This document shows, piece after piece, positions 1 to 12,467 of a DNA stretch of 54,731 bases (position 1 is its first letter; each line of letters begins with the position of its first letter). This stretch comes from Intoshia linei (Eukaryota; Animalia; Orthonectida). A program made the position numbers and the translations under genes. The notes beneath the pieces were generated by a model, which did not search any database, had not been told where the DNA came from, and saw only the letters and a program-made list of their open reading frames with translations. The DNA is taken from assembly GCA_001642005.1 (NCBI GenBank), contig LWCA01000102.1, positions 1 to 54,731 of the forward strand, given 5' to 3'.

Positions 1-1057
1 ATATAAATAATACAGTCTACAATAAATAAAAATTACACATCTTTTTTCATTATTAATTTTTCTTGATTTATAGGAAGAAAAATAAACGCTATATTGGAAA
101 AATCTTCTATCTTATGACCACTGAAATTGTCAAGACCACAAGAATTTTTCTGTCTTCTCTTTCACATCGACGACGTCGATTTCACATCTTTTTTATCATT
201 TAATTTATCAATCACATAACTTTTATTGCCGGTTCCTTTTATGTAAAGATCGGCTTCATCTACATTAAATACATCATTTCTGCCATATGCTTTTGATATA
301 TTTTTAAACTGTAATTTAAATTTATCAATTTGACTTAGATCAGCATCAGCAGACTCTCCATGTAAAGTTACATATTCAATATTGGCTCTTTTAATAAACT
401 TCCTCACGAAATAATTTGTTTTTGGAATCGTAATGTTATTTTTAAGATTATAATTTTCGATAAGTGTGTGAATTATAGAAAATGATATTTTACAGTTAAA
501 ATTTCTAAGGTGCTCGATTTTGGTTTTTAAATAATAGTCTATTTCAGCATATTTGTGTTCAATGTTTATCATTTTTTTTTAAACCACTGCTGATATGAAT
601 ATCATTTAATGATAATAATTTATTACTATTTTTGATAATTCCTCTAGCTTGGTTTAGAGTGCTATTAAATTTCGTAGCTATCTTATGAGGTCCATAATTT
701 TTATCTTTCGATTCAACCGCTATTTCTTTTTTCTCTCCAGTGTTAAGTCTTGATCTTTTAAATTGTGACATAAATTTTATGATAAAAGTGTGCTTTATTT
801 TTAATGTTTTCGAGATTTTCTAACGATAATGTATATGAAAAATAGAACTCGCAATAAATGCTGTGATTTAAAACGAAGATGTGCTTTATTTTTAACTCTT
901 CAAAATTGTTAAAATTTGAAAAATCACATTTACATAGGAAATAGAGTACCCGCAAAATAAGAAATGTATCCATTTAGTATTTAATGTTGAAATTAATATT
1001 TTTTTCCTTTTAAATCTACCAAAAACAAAAATGTGTGCTTTAAATCGACAACCACTG
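1..1057 (-). mobile_element. Decayed pogo/Tigger-family DNA transposon (left end not identified in window), in an ABCE1 intron
   Basis: ORFs 559-771 and 162-572 are frameshifted parts of a CENP-B/Tigger transposase (KRSRLNTGEKKEI; LHGESADAD; VFNVDEADLY). Minus strand ~60-150 reads KILVVLDNFSGH (second catalytic D motif). Terminus TA|CAGTGGTTGTCG at 1059-1046, with subterminal TGTGCTTTA repeats near 788, 880 and 1034. Confidence 0.8.
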
Positions 1058-1074
1058 TAATCAAATCGTAAGGT

Positions 1075-4017
1075 TGTAGTATTTTAAACAGTTTAATTTA
1101 GTTCAGTAATCAGTTAAAACAGTTAGAATTTTGTCCCGAACAGTCCTATTAAGACGTTCAACTATCCCGGTACTTCTATGTATATATGGAGTGCATGTTG
1201 ATTTGTTAATTCCGTTTCTTTTACAGAGTTCCTTTATTAAAACGGATTTAAATTATTTCCCGTTGTCTATGTATTTTCTCTGGAATACCGTGGCGTGAAA
1301 TAATGCAATGTTTAATCCCTTCAACTACTTCCTGTGTTATTATATTCGACATTGTATATATTTCAGGCCAAGATGTGTAGTGGTCTATCATGGTTAATAG
1401 ATATTGATTATTATTTTTAGTGGAACGTAATGGACCTAGGATATCTAACACCCATAATTCATTGAAATCTTTGAATTCTATTTGTTTTAGTGGAAGAGGA
1501 TGTTTTCTCCACCCTGACTTCCCAATGTTACACGTGTTACATTTTTCCACGTAACTTTTAATATCATAAAATATCCCTGGACAAAAAAAATATTGTCTTA
1601 CATTTTCATACGTTTTAGTAATGCCACGGATGACACATGAGTTTACCATTGTGAAAATATTTAATAACTTGTAATATTTTATTTCTTGGGGTTAACACTG
1701 CTTTTATGGTGTATTGATGAAAAATAATAATGTCATTTTCAATTGTGCATCTTTTTTCAATTCGTTTGTATACATGGTCTTTTGGTAATTTACTGCCATT
1801 TGTAATAGATTTTTTTAATTCTTGACACCTAGCATCAATCAGTTGTGCCTTCTCAACTCTATTGTCATCTTCCAGGTGAATGAATCCAATAGTGTAATCA
1901 TTAATGTCATTATTTACATCTCGCGATAATATATCTGCAGTCACATTTAATTTTCCCGGCTTATAAAATATGTTAATATCATATTCCTGTATTTTTTGTA
2001 TCCATCTAAATTGTTTATTGGTCAATTGTTTTGAATCCAAAATATTTACTAATGGTTTGTGATCAGTGTATATATCTACACTAGTCCCCTGTATAAAGTA
2101 TTTGAATTTTTGTAGGGACCACTTTACAGCTATCAATTCTTTTTCAACTGTCAAGTATCGGTTTCTGTATTAGTTAATTTATTCGAAGCAAATTCTATTG
2201 GGTGCTCATTATGAATTAGCACTGCTCCAATAGCTATATTGGATGCATCTGTTTCTATAATAATTTTTTTTGACAAGGATGGACGTTTAAGTACTGGAGC
2301 CGATATAAGTGCTCTTTTTAGCTCGTCAAATGACTTCTGGTGTTTATCTGTCCATTTGTATTTACATTTTTTACTAGTTAAATCTGATATAGGTTTTGCT
2401 ATTTCTGAATAGTTTTTTGCAAACTTTTTTACAAATCCGCATATGCATAAGAATCGTAACACATCTTTCCTGTTTTTAGGTATTTTCAGTTTTTTTATTG
2501 CCTCTATTTTGGAAGGGTCTGGGTAAAGTCCATCTTTGTCTATTACATAGCCCAACATTTTAATCGACAATTTTCCAATTTCACATTTACTGAGTTTGAT
2601 CGTCAGACCTGCTTCCTGTAGTCTAGATAATACCTTATCTAAGGTTTTTGCATGTTCTGCGACACTAATGGTTCCAATAATTATATCATCCATATAGGTA
2701 TAAACTCCATTTATATCGCCCAGTAGTTGATCCATAATTCTTTGACAGGTTTGGGGTGCATTAGTTAGTCCGAATAGCATTTTAATATAATGATATAATT
2801 TTTTACCAAAATAGGTTGTAAAAGCAGTTTTAGGTCTATCCTCTATTCTCAATGAGATTTGCCAAAACCCATATGCTAAGTCTAAAATTGAAGTTTTTTT
2901 TGTCACCTAATTCATTGAGTATTTCTGATTGACTCGCCGCTGGATAAGCTGTTTTTTGGGTAATTTTATTCAGTTCAGTATAGTCCATTATGAAACGATA
3001 TGTACCTCGTTACCAAGAAAGCACCCAGGAGTATCTGTGAAAACCTGTTCATATTTTACAACAATATTTTCTAATTCTATGTGTTGTGTTTTTGAGATAT
3101 TTATATTGATTTGTTTATTCCTTGTTAAATAATTCTTACCTACGGAGTCACAACACCCTAAAAGATTTTTAGTGTTCCGAGATACAAAGAATTTTGATTT
3201 TTTAAGACTACCATTTATTTTCAAATATATTATTCCAAATATTTTAATTTTCAAATTTTGCACTGATTTTAATTCATTTAGAGTTGGTTTTATTTGATTG
3301 CTAACTTCTAAACTATATACATGTATAATATTTATGATATTTAATGGTGATCCAGTATCTAAAACAAAAGGTATTACTTCTGATTTTTCATCTGATAATA
3401 TTTTAATGTTCTCTATCATCTCGTTCGTATCAGTTGTTTTAATTTGGTTGATTAAGTAAGTCTTATTTCTATTCCAGCAAATTTTCTCAAAATGATTTGG
3501 TTTTCCACAACGAGTACACTTTTTACCGTAAACAGGACATTTGTATTTTTCGTGATATTTATATTCACCACATCCTCTACATTTGTAAGTGTTGTTATGA
3601 GGTGTATAGTTTTTATAGTTCAGATTTTGATTTGAGCATTCAGCTTTGTTAAACATTTCTTTAATTTCTAATGCAGCAATAACCTGATCTATGTTATCTA
3701 CCAAATTTAATTTGTTTTTTCCATTTAGAGATACACAGCTTCATTACCGTGACACTATCGGAATTTGTAGAGTCTTTTTGGTTTATTCTTAAAACTGCTC
3801 TATCTCCAATAAAATTCCTCATTAATAATACTTTTTTTGCGGTCACTTATATTATCATAATTGAATTCTATATAATCTTCAAATAACCTTATCCATGTTC
3901 CTGGATTGATGTTTACTTCACCTTCATCATTAAATAATATCGGTGGTTTGTCCATTTTGAATCTTGAGAAAAATCAACTTGTAGTATTTTAAACAGTTTA
4001 ATTTAACAGAAGCTACA
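1075..4017 (-). mobile_element. Decayed Ty3/Gypsy LTR retrotransposon (Mag-like): gag-PR-RT-RNaseH-IN
   Basis: Gag zinc knuckles (CRGCGEYKYHEKYKC, CTRCGKPNHFEKIC), protease VLDTGS, RT LDLAYGFWQ/YMDD, RNase H IETDAS/YTDHKPL, integrase LDILGP...GIVERLNRT; several stops and frameshifts. Identical TGTAGTATTTTAAACAGTTTAATTTA at 1075-1100 and 3980-4005 marks LTR remnants. Confidence 0.93.
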
Positions 4018-4569
4018 ACATAGTAAATTATATATTCTTTTAGAGTTATTAATTACTTGATTGTAAGATTCTGGATTGATCGATATTAAATTTGTAAATT
4101 TAGATTTAGTTTAGTTTATTTATAGGTTGATATAGATTCAGTATGAATATACTACTAAGGTATTCCACCAAATTTCCACAGTAATCTTTTAAAGTCAAAA
4201 AACCCATATCACACACCCCAATTTCATCAACCACACTTTTTTTTATTTGTAGATTCAACTATACTACACACCTTACCTTATAATTTAGAACTAGACCCCG
4301 TTACTCATTGATCTATCTCTAAATTAAACACCAAAGTATTCTCCCTCAAATTTATACTAACACTATATTCTAATCAAAACATCACACCAAATAATCACAT
4401 CGAAATTTTCCAAATCTCAATTCTCTAATACATAACATATATAAAAAATTGTGTTTTTAAAATCTAGATTTCTTAATTTTTTAATTAAACGGTAACTCAG
4501 ACGCAGACATTTATTTTTGTCCGTCCGTTTGTAATTGCTATATATGTTATTTTGTTAATTTATATTTAG

Positions 4570-5147
4570 ATTTATTCTTCATTCAAAGAAAACAGCTTTT
4601 GTTGTTGAACATGACTTTATAATGGCTACATATATGGCCGATCGAGTAATTCTTTTCGAGGGACAGCCTGCTGTAGATACTATAGCGCGACAGTAATATT
4701 TTATCATTATTATTTTACCCGTCCTTAAAATACTTAAACCTAATATTTTTTGTTTGAAACGAGAATTACTCAAAATATAAATTTGGTATTTTGAGTAGAA
4801 TCTGAGGATGGTACATAAATTTTACAATATATCATCATGCGATTCATAGAAAATTATTTCCGGAATTAATTGTGTCATTTTGGATAAAATGTTAAAGTTT
4901 TGACTCTAAATTTACACAAATATTGAGTTTAATGATTTATTTTTTAGTCCAATGTCATTAGAAAAAGGAATGAACCTATTTTTGAAAAGTTTAAACATAA
5001 CATTCCGCCGTGATCCTGATAATTTTAGACCGCGTATTAATAAACTAGGCTCTATTAAGGTAATTTTAATGACATGAATATTTCTAAAATATCTAATAAA
5101 TTTAGGACAATGAACAAAAAAGCGCCGGAAATTATTTCTATACATAA
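4570..5147 (+). CDS. ABCE1: ABCE1/RLI1 ribosome-recycling ATPase, last three exons (4570-4692, 4948-5059, 5106-5147); 5' exons upstream of window
   Basis: Spliced translation [91 protein letters not shown] matches the conserved ABCE1 C-terminus; GT-AG junctions keep frame. Confidence 0.96.
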
Positions 5148-5226
5148 ATTGTAAATATTAAATAAATGTAAACTGACCCTCAAATGTCGTCTTGGAAAAT
5201 AGCGCGTTTTTGAAATTTTATAAATT

Positions 5227-8200
5227 ATGAAATTGAATAATTCCGTTAGAAAAGAGTTAATGTTGACATTAAACTACTTTATGTTGAATTGTAAAAAAAA
5301 TAAAATTTGAAAATAAACTAAATTTAGCTGCTCGTCAACAAACCCAAATCGTCAAAGAATTCCACAAGTATTCTAAAGATTTGTATTTTGAAAACGACCA
5401 AGTTTGTATACTGTTGAGTGTTCCAGATATAAAATATACAGAGGAGTGGGTTATTCAAATTCATTAATCTCATTTAAATCTAGAGTTGAGGCTACAATTA
5501 TAGAAACACAATTCCAACAGGTAAAGTACAATGTAAAATAACAATTTATAATATATTGCTATGATGTATTGTTTTTAGCGCATTATATAATAAATTTATT
5601 TTCATATAAAATTTAGTCCTTGACATACAACGTAGTGGTCGATAAAGAAAGATTGATTGTAGAAAACATTTGTCCAAAATTCATCAGGTTCATAATTCAT
5701 AATGTAAGCGTGGATTATATTTGATTTAGACTGATAAAGAGATTTGTACAAGATAAAGAAATACAACTTTACATAGATAAATATTTTGCTTTTTGTAATA
5801 AAAGAAATAGTTGGATATCTAATTGTCAAGTTAATAAAGATAATTGTTATAAATCAACAGATTGTATAACTTTTGATACATATTTGCAAACTGTATTGAT
5901 GAAAACAGAACCCAAGAATGACAAAAAAATGAAGCAAATTACTCTTGATCAAATGGGTTTAAAAAAACGATCACGAGAGAACAAGGAAAAGAAAAAGGCA
6001 CCTCCAATTTCTGAAAAGGAAATTGAACAATTGCCGGCCTATATACGCCAGCAAGTTAAGGAGCAAATTGAAAAACCTTTTGTAGGAATAAAGAAAGGCG
6101 AAATAACCCCAAAAAAAAAGTCTGAATTGGAAAGGAGTTTATTGAAAACCAATGAAAAACCTTTAGAAAAATTCTTAAAAAGGTCACCAGAAAATTTAAA
6201 TTTAAAATCGGACAATTTAAATTATCCTAAATTAGACGTACTTCCACACGGTTTAACTGCAGATGTCGTTACCATTGCAGAATTTTTGTGTGCTTTCAAA
6301 GAAATGCTATTTATAGATTCAAATATTAATCTTTCCGCCGAATGCCTCGCATATTCTTTGCAAAATTCATATTCTGAACATATTGCAAGTATTCTGATGG
6401 CTTTATGTTACCCTCTATTTGGACTTGGCCTCGTGGAACATTCTTCTTTTATGAGAATTAATTTAAAAGATTTACCTCTTAATATTTATACAGTATTCCA
6501 AATTTGTCATTTGCTATGTGTTAATGAGTTTATCAAACATTCATTTTTTAATAATTTTATTTTTAAAATACCTTCAAATTCATTAAATTATAATGACAGA
6601 AATCGCATTGTCGTCTTTATTCTCAAAATTATATATAAATTATTAGAGACCCCTAAATTTGCTGATAAAATTGAACAGAATGTATTGGAACAAAACAGAA
6701 TTAACAAATTGGAAATTAATGAAGCCAAAAAAATTGCAGATATTAATCGTGCCAATAAAAGTAAATCCTCTTTCAAATCTAAATTTGTTTGTGATAAATT
6801 AAAAACCATGCAAAATAATATTAGCGAATTGAAATTCAAGGCCGATTCAGTTGGGTCATCTTGTCGAATTATTCCTCTAGGTAAAGATACAAAGAGTAGA
6901 GTTTATTATTGCTTACAGTCTTTTTCTGGGATTTTTGTTTCTTATTCTACGAGTCATTCGACGTAATTTTTTGCGTTATTTTCAATTTTATTTTTCTGGT
7001 TTTAGGAAATATGGCTGCTTTAATAATTCAGATGACATTAAATCGATTTGCAATGACACATCTTCCAAAAATGTTGATTTTCTGAATCTTAAATCTGAAT
7101 TAGCTTACAGATGTGATAAACTTGTTGAAAAAACTAATTCGCAGTAATTTTTGAATTTAAATAGTTAAGGTGTTTCGATTTTTTTTGGTAAGTATTTGGC
7201 TAAGGATTTTTTTTAATCAATTAATAGCATTGGTATTATTGTTAAGTTACTCATTTTGGAGTTTTTTTATTACTTGTATGTTAATCAGTTAATAAAAATT
7301 TGATTAACTAATCTTAAAAACGCTTGGAAAAAGTTACGTATAAATTGACACACTTGAAAATAATCTACTTATTTTGTAACTAAGATATATTAAGTTATTT
7401 TTGACCGAGAAATCGTTAATTTCTAGGTTTAAATTTAAATGACCTGATTAAGCTATATCAGAATGATCATTTTTTTAAATTCTAGGACTATTGGTTGTGG
7501 AATATATTTTTTGTTTTAATAAAAATTAATTTTTTTTGTTTTTGTTTTATTTTTTGATTTTGAAGGTGTCACTTTGTGATATTAAAATCTTTTTTGTGTG
7601 TGTTAGCTGGATTTAACTATGAGCTGTCATTTTTGTTAAAATTATGGGACTATTTTATTCAAAAAAAGGTTATATGGGTTTTCATCGTGAAAATTCACTT
7701 TTTTGAGGATGCAATTTATGATAATACTTATGATTTTAAAATCTATGTCATGATTTATGTATATAAAATTTTAGAACTTTTTTTAATTTTTAAAATAAGG
7801 GTAATTTGTGATTTTGGCCATCAAGATGTACGTTTCTGAACTAAATTTACGACAATGGTAATGCTTTTAAAACGCGTGCCAAAATTTAAATATTTGGGCT
7901 TATTGTATTTTAAAAAAAAAGCTAAATTATGGTTTTGACCCTGAACGAATAAATTTAAGTGGTTTTTAAATTTATGGACTGTTAATTTTTTAAGTAATTT
8001 TAACTAAAGGTATTGATCTAATGAGGTATATAGTAATGATGACTATCAAATCAAATATAGTGTGTTAATTTTGAGATTATATTCGAAAATTATTCTTCCA
8101 TGGTTTTCTAATAAAAAAAATTTTAATAAATCACTCCAATTAATACAAAGCCATTGAAGTCAAATGTTGATTTTTAACACGAAAACTTTTTTCTATTTTT

Positions 8201-11102
8201 GGGCATTGGCGGGATCTTAAGATCTTAATTACTGAAACAAAGGAAAAGTGGATATAATGAAATATTCATGGTTATGGGTTAATAGTAATAATAATTATGT
8301 TATGCATATTAATTTTTTAAATTAAACTATTAACCATTTATTTAGATTTAATTTAATTACCATAATTGTAAATTTTTTTTAAAGGGCGATTATTAATTTT
8401 TATCAAAAACCAGTCATTACATATTTTGTGTACAACTTTATCAACTTGCAAATGTTATGAGTTATAATATAATTTAGTCAATTGAAAAATATGAGACCCC
8501 ATTTACATAAAATTTTAACGAGGCCTCGAGGAGGGTTTTGGGTATGTTAGGTTTGGTTCTGCGTGTGACATCCTACTGTCCTTATATATTCAAATTTGAA
8601 TTATGTATAAATAATACATTAAAGTTTTTCTTAGAAACATCAAGCAATATTTTGAAAATTTATCTTTGAATGATAAATCGGCATGGATAATGCGTGGTTT
8701 TAAAGAGGTATATTATTTTTGGATCTATTTATATCATGGCATACATTTTTGATTAAAAAGATTAGATATTATTAATTCTTTTTATTGTAAATGTTTTGGT
8801 TCAAACACATTTAAAGTCGTGAACAATTGATTTTTGTCTACGCTGAAAAATAGACATTTTTTCTTATTAAAACGCTTCATTTTTTTTCATAACGGATCAA
8901 TCTCAAACGGATTTCCAACCTTTTTTGCATTGGCGCTGACATTTCAACTAAAAACTTTTTCACCACCACCACCTATTACAATAAACAACAATAAATAATA
9001 CCTGTAAGTTATTCTTTTTGTAAATATCATTTAATGGTTCTAATTTACGGTATCCATATCCGATGGAATTTTTGTACTTTTCAGGTTATTTCTTAATAAT
9101 CCCGCTCTTCACTTTTTAATGGAATTTAGTTAGATCATTAAAAATTACGTTATTTTATTATCACTGTTATATGAATAATGAATATTAGACAACGATAATA
9201 ATTTTTGGAAATATGTTTTACTATGAAGACTTAATTTAGGAAATTAGTATTTTGCATGAAAAACTTTATCAAGAAACTACCTTTGTAAATTTTAATCAAC
9301 AAGAATGGAAAGATTGCGTTGAAAATGGAAATGATGTATCTGTATATGTAATATTTAACATTTGAATATGTATATTAGTATGATAGCACTTACTTACTTA
9401 GTTAGACTTAGTTTATTTATTATTAATATTATGTTCCTAGTTCATAATTGCTAAAGTTGTGAATATTTTAAAATTAAATCCAATAACTTGTCGATAAATT
9501 TTGATTGTGTTATCAACCGTGGCGTGTTATGTTTTAAAATTTAATTTAGGCAAAATTAATGGTGAAATTACAAGAAGCAGTGCCAAACAATTTTTATAAA
9601 TATCATTTGATAGGAAACGGTGGAATATCTATGAATTTATTAATTTATACTTAGCCACCTTTTCAAATTGGCACAAAAAATGGAAAAAATTGGTATTGGA
9701 ATGTTCTAATTTTTGGAGTTTGCATTTTTTAATGGGTTTATTTGAATGTTCAATAAATTGGAAGGCAACAATTAAAAACTCGGTACGTTATTGCTAAATT
9801 GAAATAATATAAATTTTAGAGATGCCAGAAATGTAATAGAAGTAGATATTTTGGTGACATGACCATTTGTAGCGATTGCAGCAACGTTTATCATATAAAA
9901 TGCTTAAAAAATTTCACTGAAGAGTATTGGAAGTGCGATGACTGTAATATTAATTTATGGGACGCTAAAAAGGATTCATCAGACGAAATTTCAAACGAAA
10001 TTTTACAAATTTGCAATGTTTGTAATTGTGATAATTTAAAATTTGATGTTGTTAAATGTTCCGAATGTAGCACTAATTACCATTTGGATTGTCATTCTCC
10101 ACCTTTGAGGTATTGTCCTAGAACTCGATGGATCTGCCACCTGTGTAAAGGATATTCTGTCCAAAAGAGAAGTAGACAATTGTCTTTATCATTTAGTGAT
10201 ACTGAAGAATCTAGTACTGGTTTTACTAATCATTCCCAAAACAAAAAAAAATTGGTCAAACTACGAACATCAAAAACACGGCGTATTAATTTGACAGATT
10301 CTGAAAGTGAAGATGTTAATTTTTCAGAATTGTACAACCATCGAAAATCTTTGAGAAGTGGAAATTTACAACAAGGCGATTATGCTAAATTTTATAACTC
10401 GGATTCTCACTCGAGATCTGATTATGAAAGTGAAAAAGATGATGTTAGTTTTCATTCTAATGGTTCCGTGTACATAAATAAGGTTGATAGTTCGGATGAT
10501 ATAAATACTATAGATAATTATTTTGAGAAAGAATATACATCTGATACTAAAGAGTCAATTCATCTTAGTTTGGATTTTAACCATGATGTATGAAATTTAT
10601 GTTTTATATTTATATGGTTTAGTCGATCCAACGCACTATTTCTTGTTTGTTTAAGAATCGAAATATTTGGCCTTTTCAAGAACCCGTCAATGGCAAGGAG
10701 GTTGTTATTTATTCAATTTAATTTAATTTATAAGTTGGACATTAATCTTTGCGCTTTGTAATCCATTTATGTTTTGAAATTTATTTGAAACTTAGTGTAT
10801 TTTATTCAATTCTAATTAGGTACCAGACTATTATGACGTAATTAAAGACCCTATAGACTTATTTACTATATCTAAAAAATTTAAAAGCCATAAATACACA
10901 AATAATCAACAATTTTTTGATGATTTAAATCTAATGCTCGAAAATGCCAAATATTATAACAAGGTTTGATTAATTTTTCTTTTGATTTATTTATTTTTAG
11001 CCAAATTCACCTGTTTGGTGTTGTATTACCCCTATAAAGAATTCTATTAACAAATGCATTTCGACTCATTTCAAAAAGTACAAAATCAACTTTTCTAAAT
11101 AG
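5227..11102 (+). CDS. BAZ1A/BAZ1B (ACF1/WSTF)-like chromatin-remodelling subunit, multi-exon
   Basis: WAC C-terminal-like segment (SKDLYFENDQV), DDT domain (ADVVTIAEFLCAFKEML), WHIM2-like RIIPLGKDTKSRVYY, two PHD fingers (~9820-10150) and a bromodomain over three exons (IWPFQEPVNGKE|VPDYYDVIKDPIDL...NAKYYNK|PNSPV...FSK*). Start codon and some middle exons approximate. Confidence 0.88.
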
Positions 11103-12467
11103 TTTTTACAAATGTACCATTTTATATGTAAAATAATTAAATTTGTATTTTTTATTTTGTATGTTAATGTTTTTCAGCCAATTACACTTAAATTTAATTT
11201 ATGTGGTCAAGAGTTATGAGTCATAACTTATGACTTATAAAGTCAATGGTGTTGTAAATTTTATATTTAAATGACATTAATTTGTTTCTACTACATTATA
11301 TATTATTAGGTTCACTGTTATGTACTACGTACAAACACCACCTAGCTCTGCCGAGGGCACATTTTTATTCTATCAAAAAAATAAATTCACGTTGAAAATT
11401 ATACTATTCACTATTATCAATCCCATATTAAAAATAAAGTAAAAACAGTCCAATCTTAAAAATTGTCATAAATTCCAGAAAAAATAAAATTATAAAAACC
11501 TATCTTGTCATTTTCAATGTGATAACATATATTCAGTACCAATTTAATAAATACTTAAAAATACCAATTATGTATAGATAATTAACAAAATTAGCACTTT
11601 ATAAACATATTTCAAATGAATTTTACCAATATTGCAAAGGATTGTAATAAAAATGATAATAACATTGTTGTATTACTTTTAGTAATTCGTTGTAGTTTTA
11701 ATTTAAAATTAAACAAAATGTTTTGAAAATAAGAATTTGAGACTCAAAAATTGCGTAGCAATGAAAAAAATATCGAAGCCATCAATTATATAGATTTCCA
11801 CCCATATTTATTTATTGAAATGTGTCGAATGTTCAATGCACATTTTTTTTCAAATTGTAGGATCAATATTTTTATTTTAATCGAAATATTTAAAAAATAT
11901 TGGTTAATAATATATTAAATATTATTTTTCTCCTGAGAAATGCGTAAATTTCTGGGGTTGAAATTTTGTAGGTGGCCAACTTATAGGTAGTGCTTGCTCT
12001 CGAGAAATTTAAATATTCTTAATTTGAAAATTTCCAAAAATGTAGTTTGTTATATAAATGCAAAAATAAAATCTTCAAGAATAATCATTTTTAATTATCA
12101 CTAATAAAATTATGCGTGTAAAACCAAAATAAATTCAATTATTACAATAAAAAAACATTATATTTTACGGTAATTCAGTTTTTTGATTTAATTTATTAAT
12201 TTCGTCAATAGATATCGTTTCGCAATTTTTTGAGGGTCCCTTTTTCATTTTCGCTAGCCTCTAGCATGGTAGGTATGGTTCTGCTTAGTAAAACGTTATG
12301 TACAATAAATAAAACATGATTGAGCTTATCAAAATTTTGAGAAAACCTGATTACATTAACTACTACAAGGATGTAAATAAATTTTTCAATAATCTATTTC
12401 TATAAAGATCGGAAATTAACTGAAACTGACAGAAAAATAATTAAATAAAGTAATAGTATTTTATATT

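Noticed and set aside
1101-1225. Longer 3' LTR ending in TTTACA
   Set aside because: The minus strand reads as integrase core (ELCKRNGINKSTCTPY...GIVERLNRT), not LTR.
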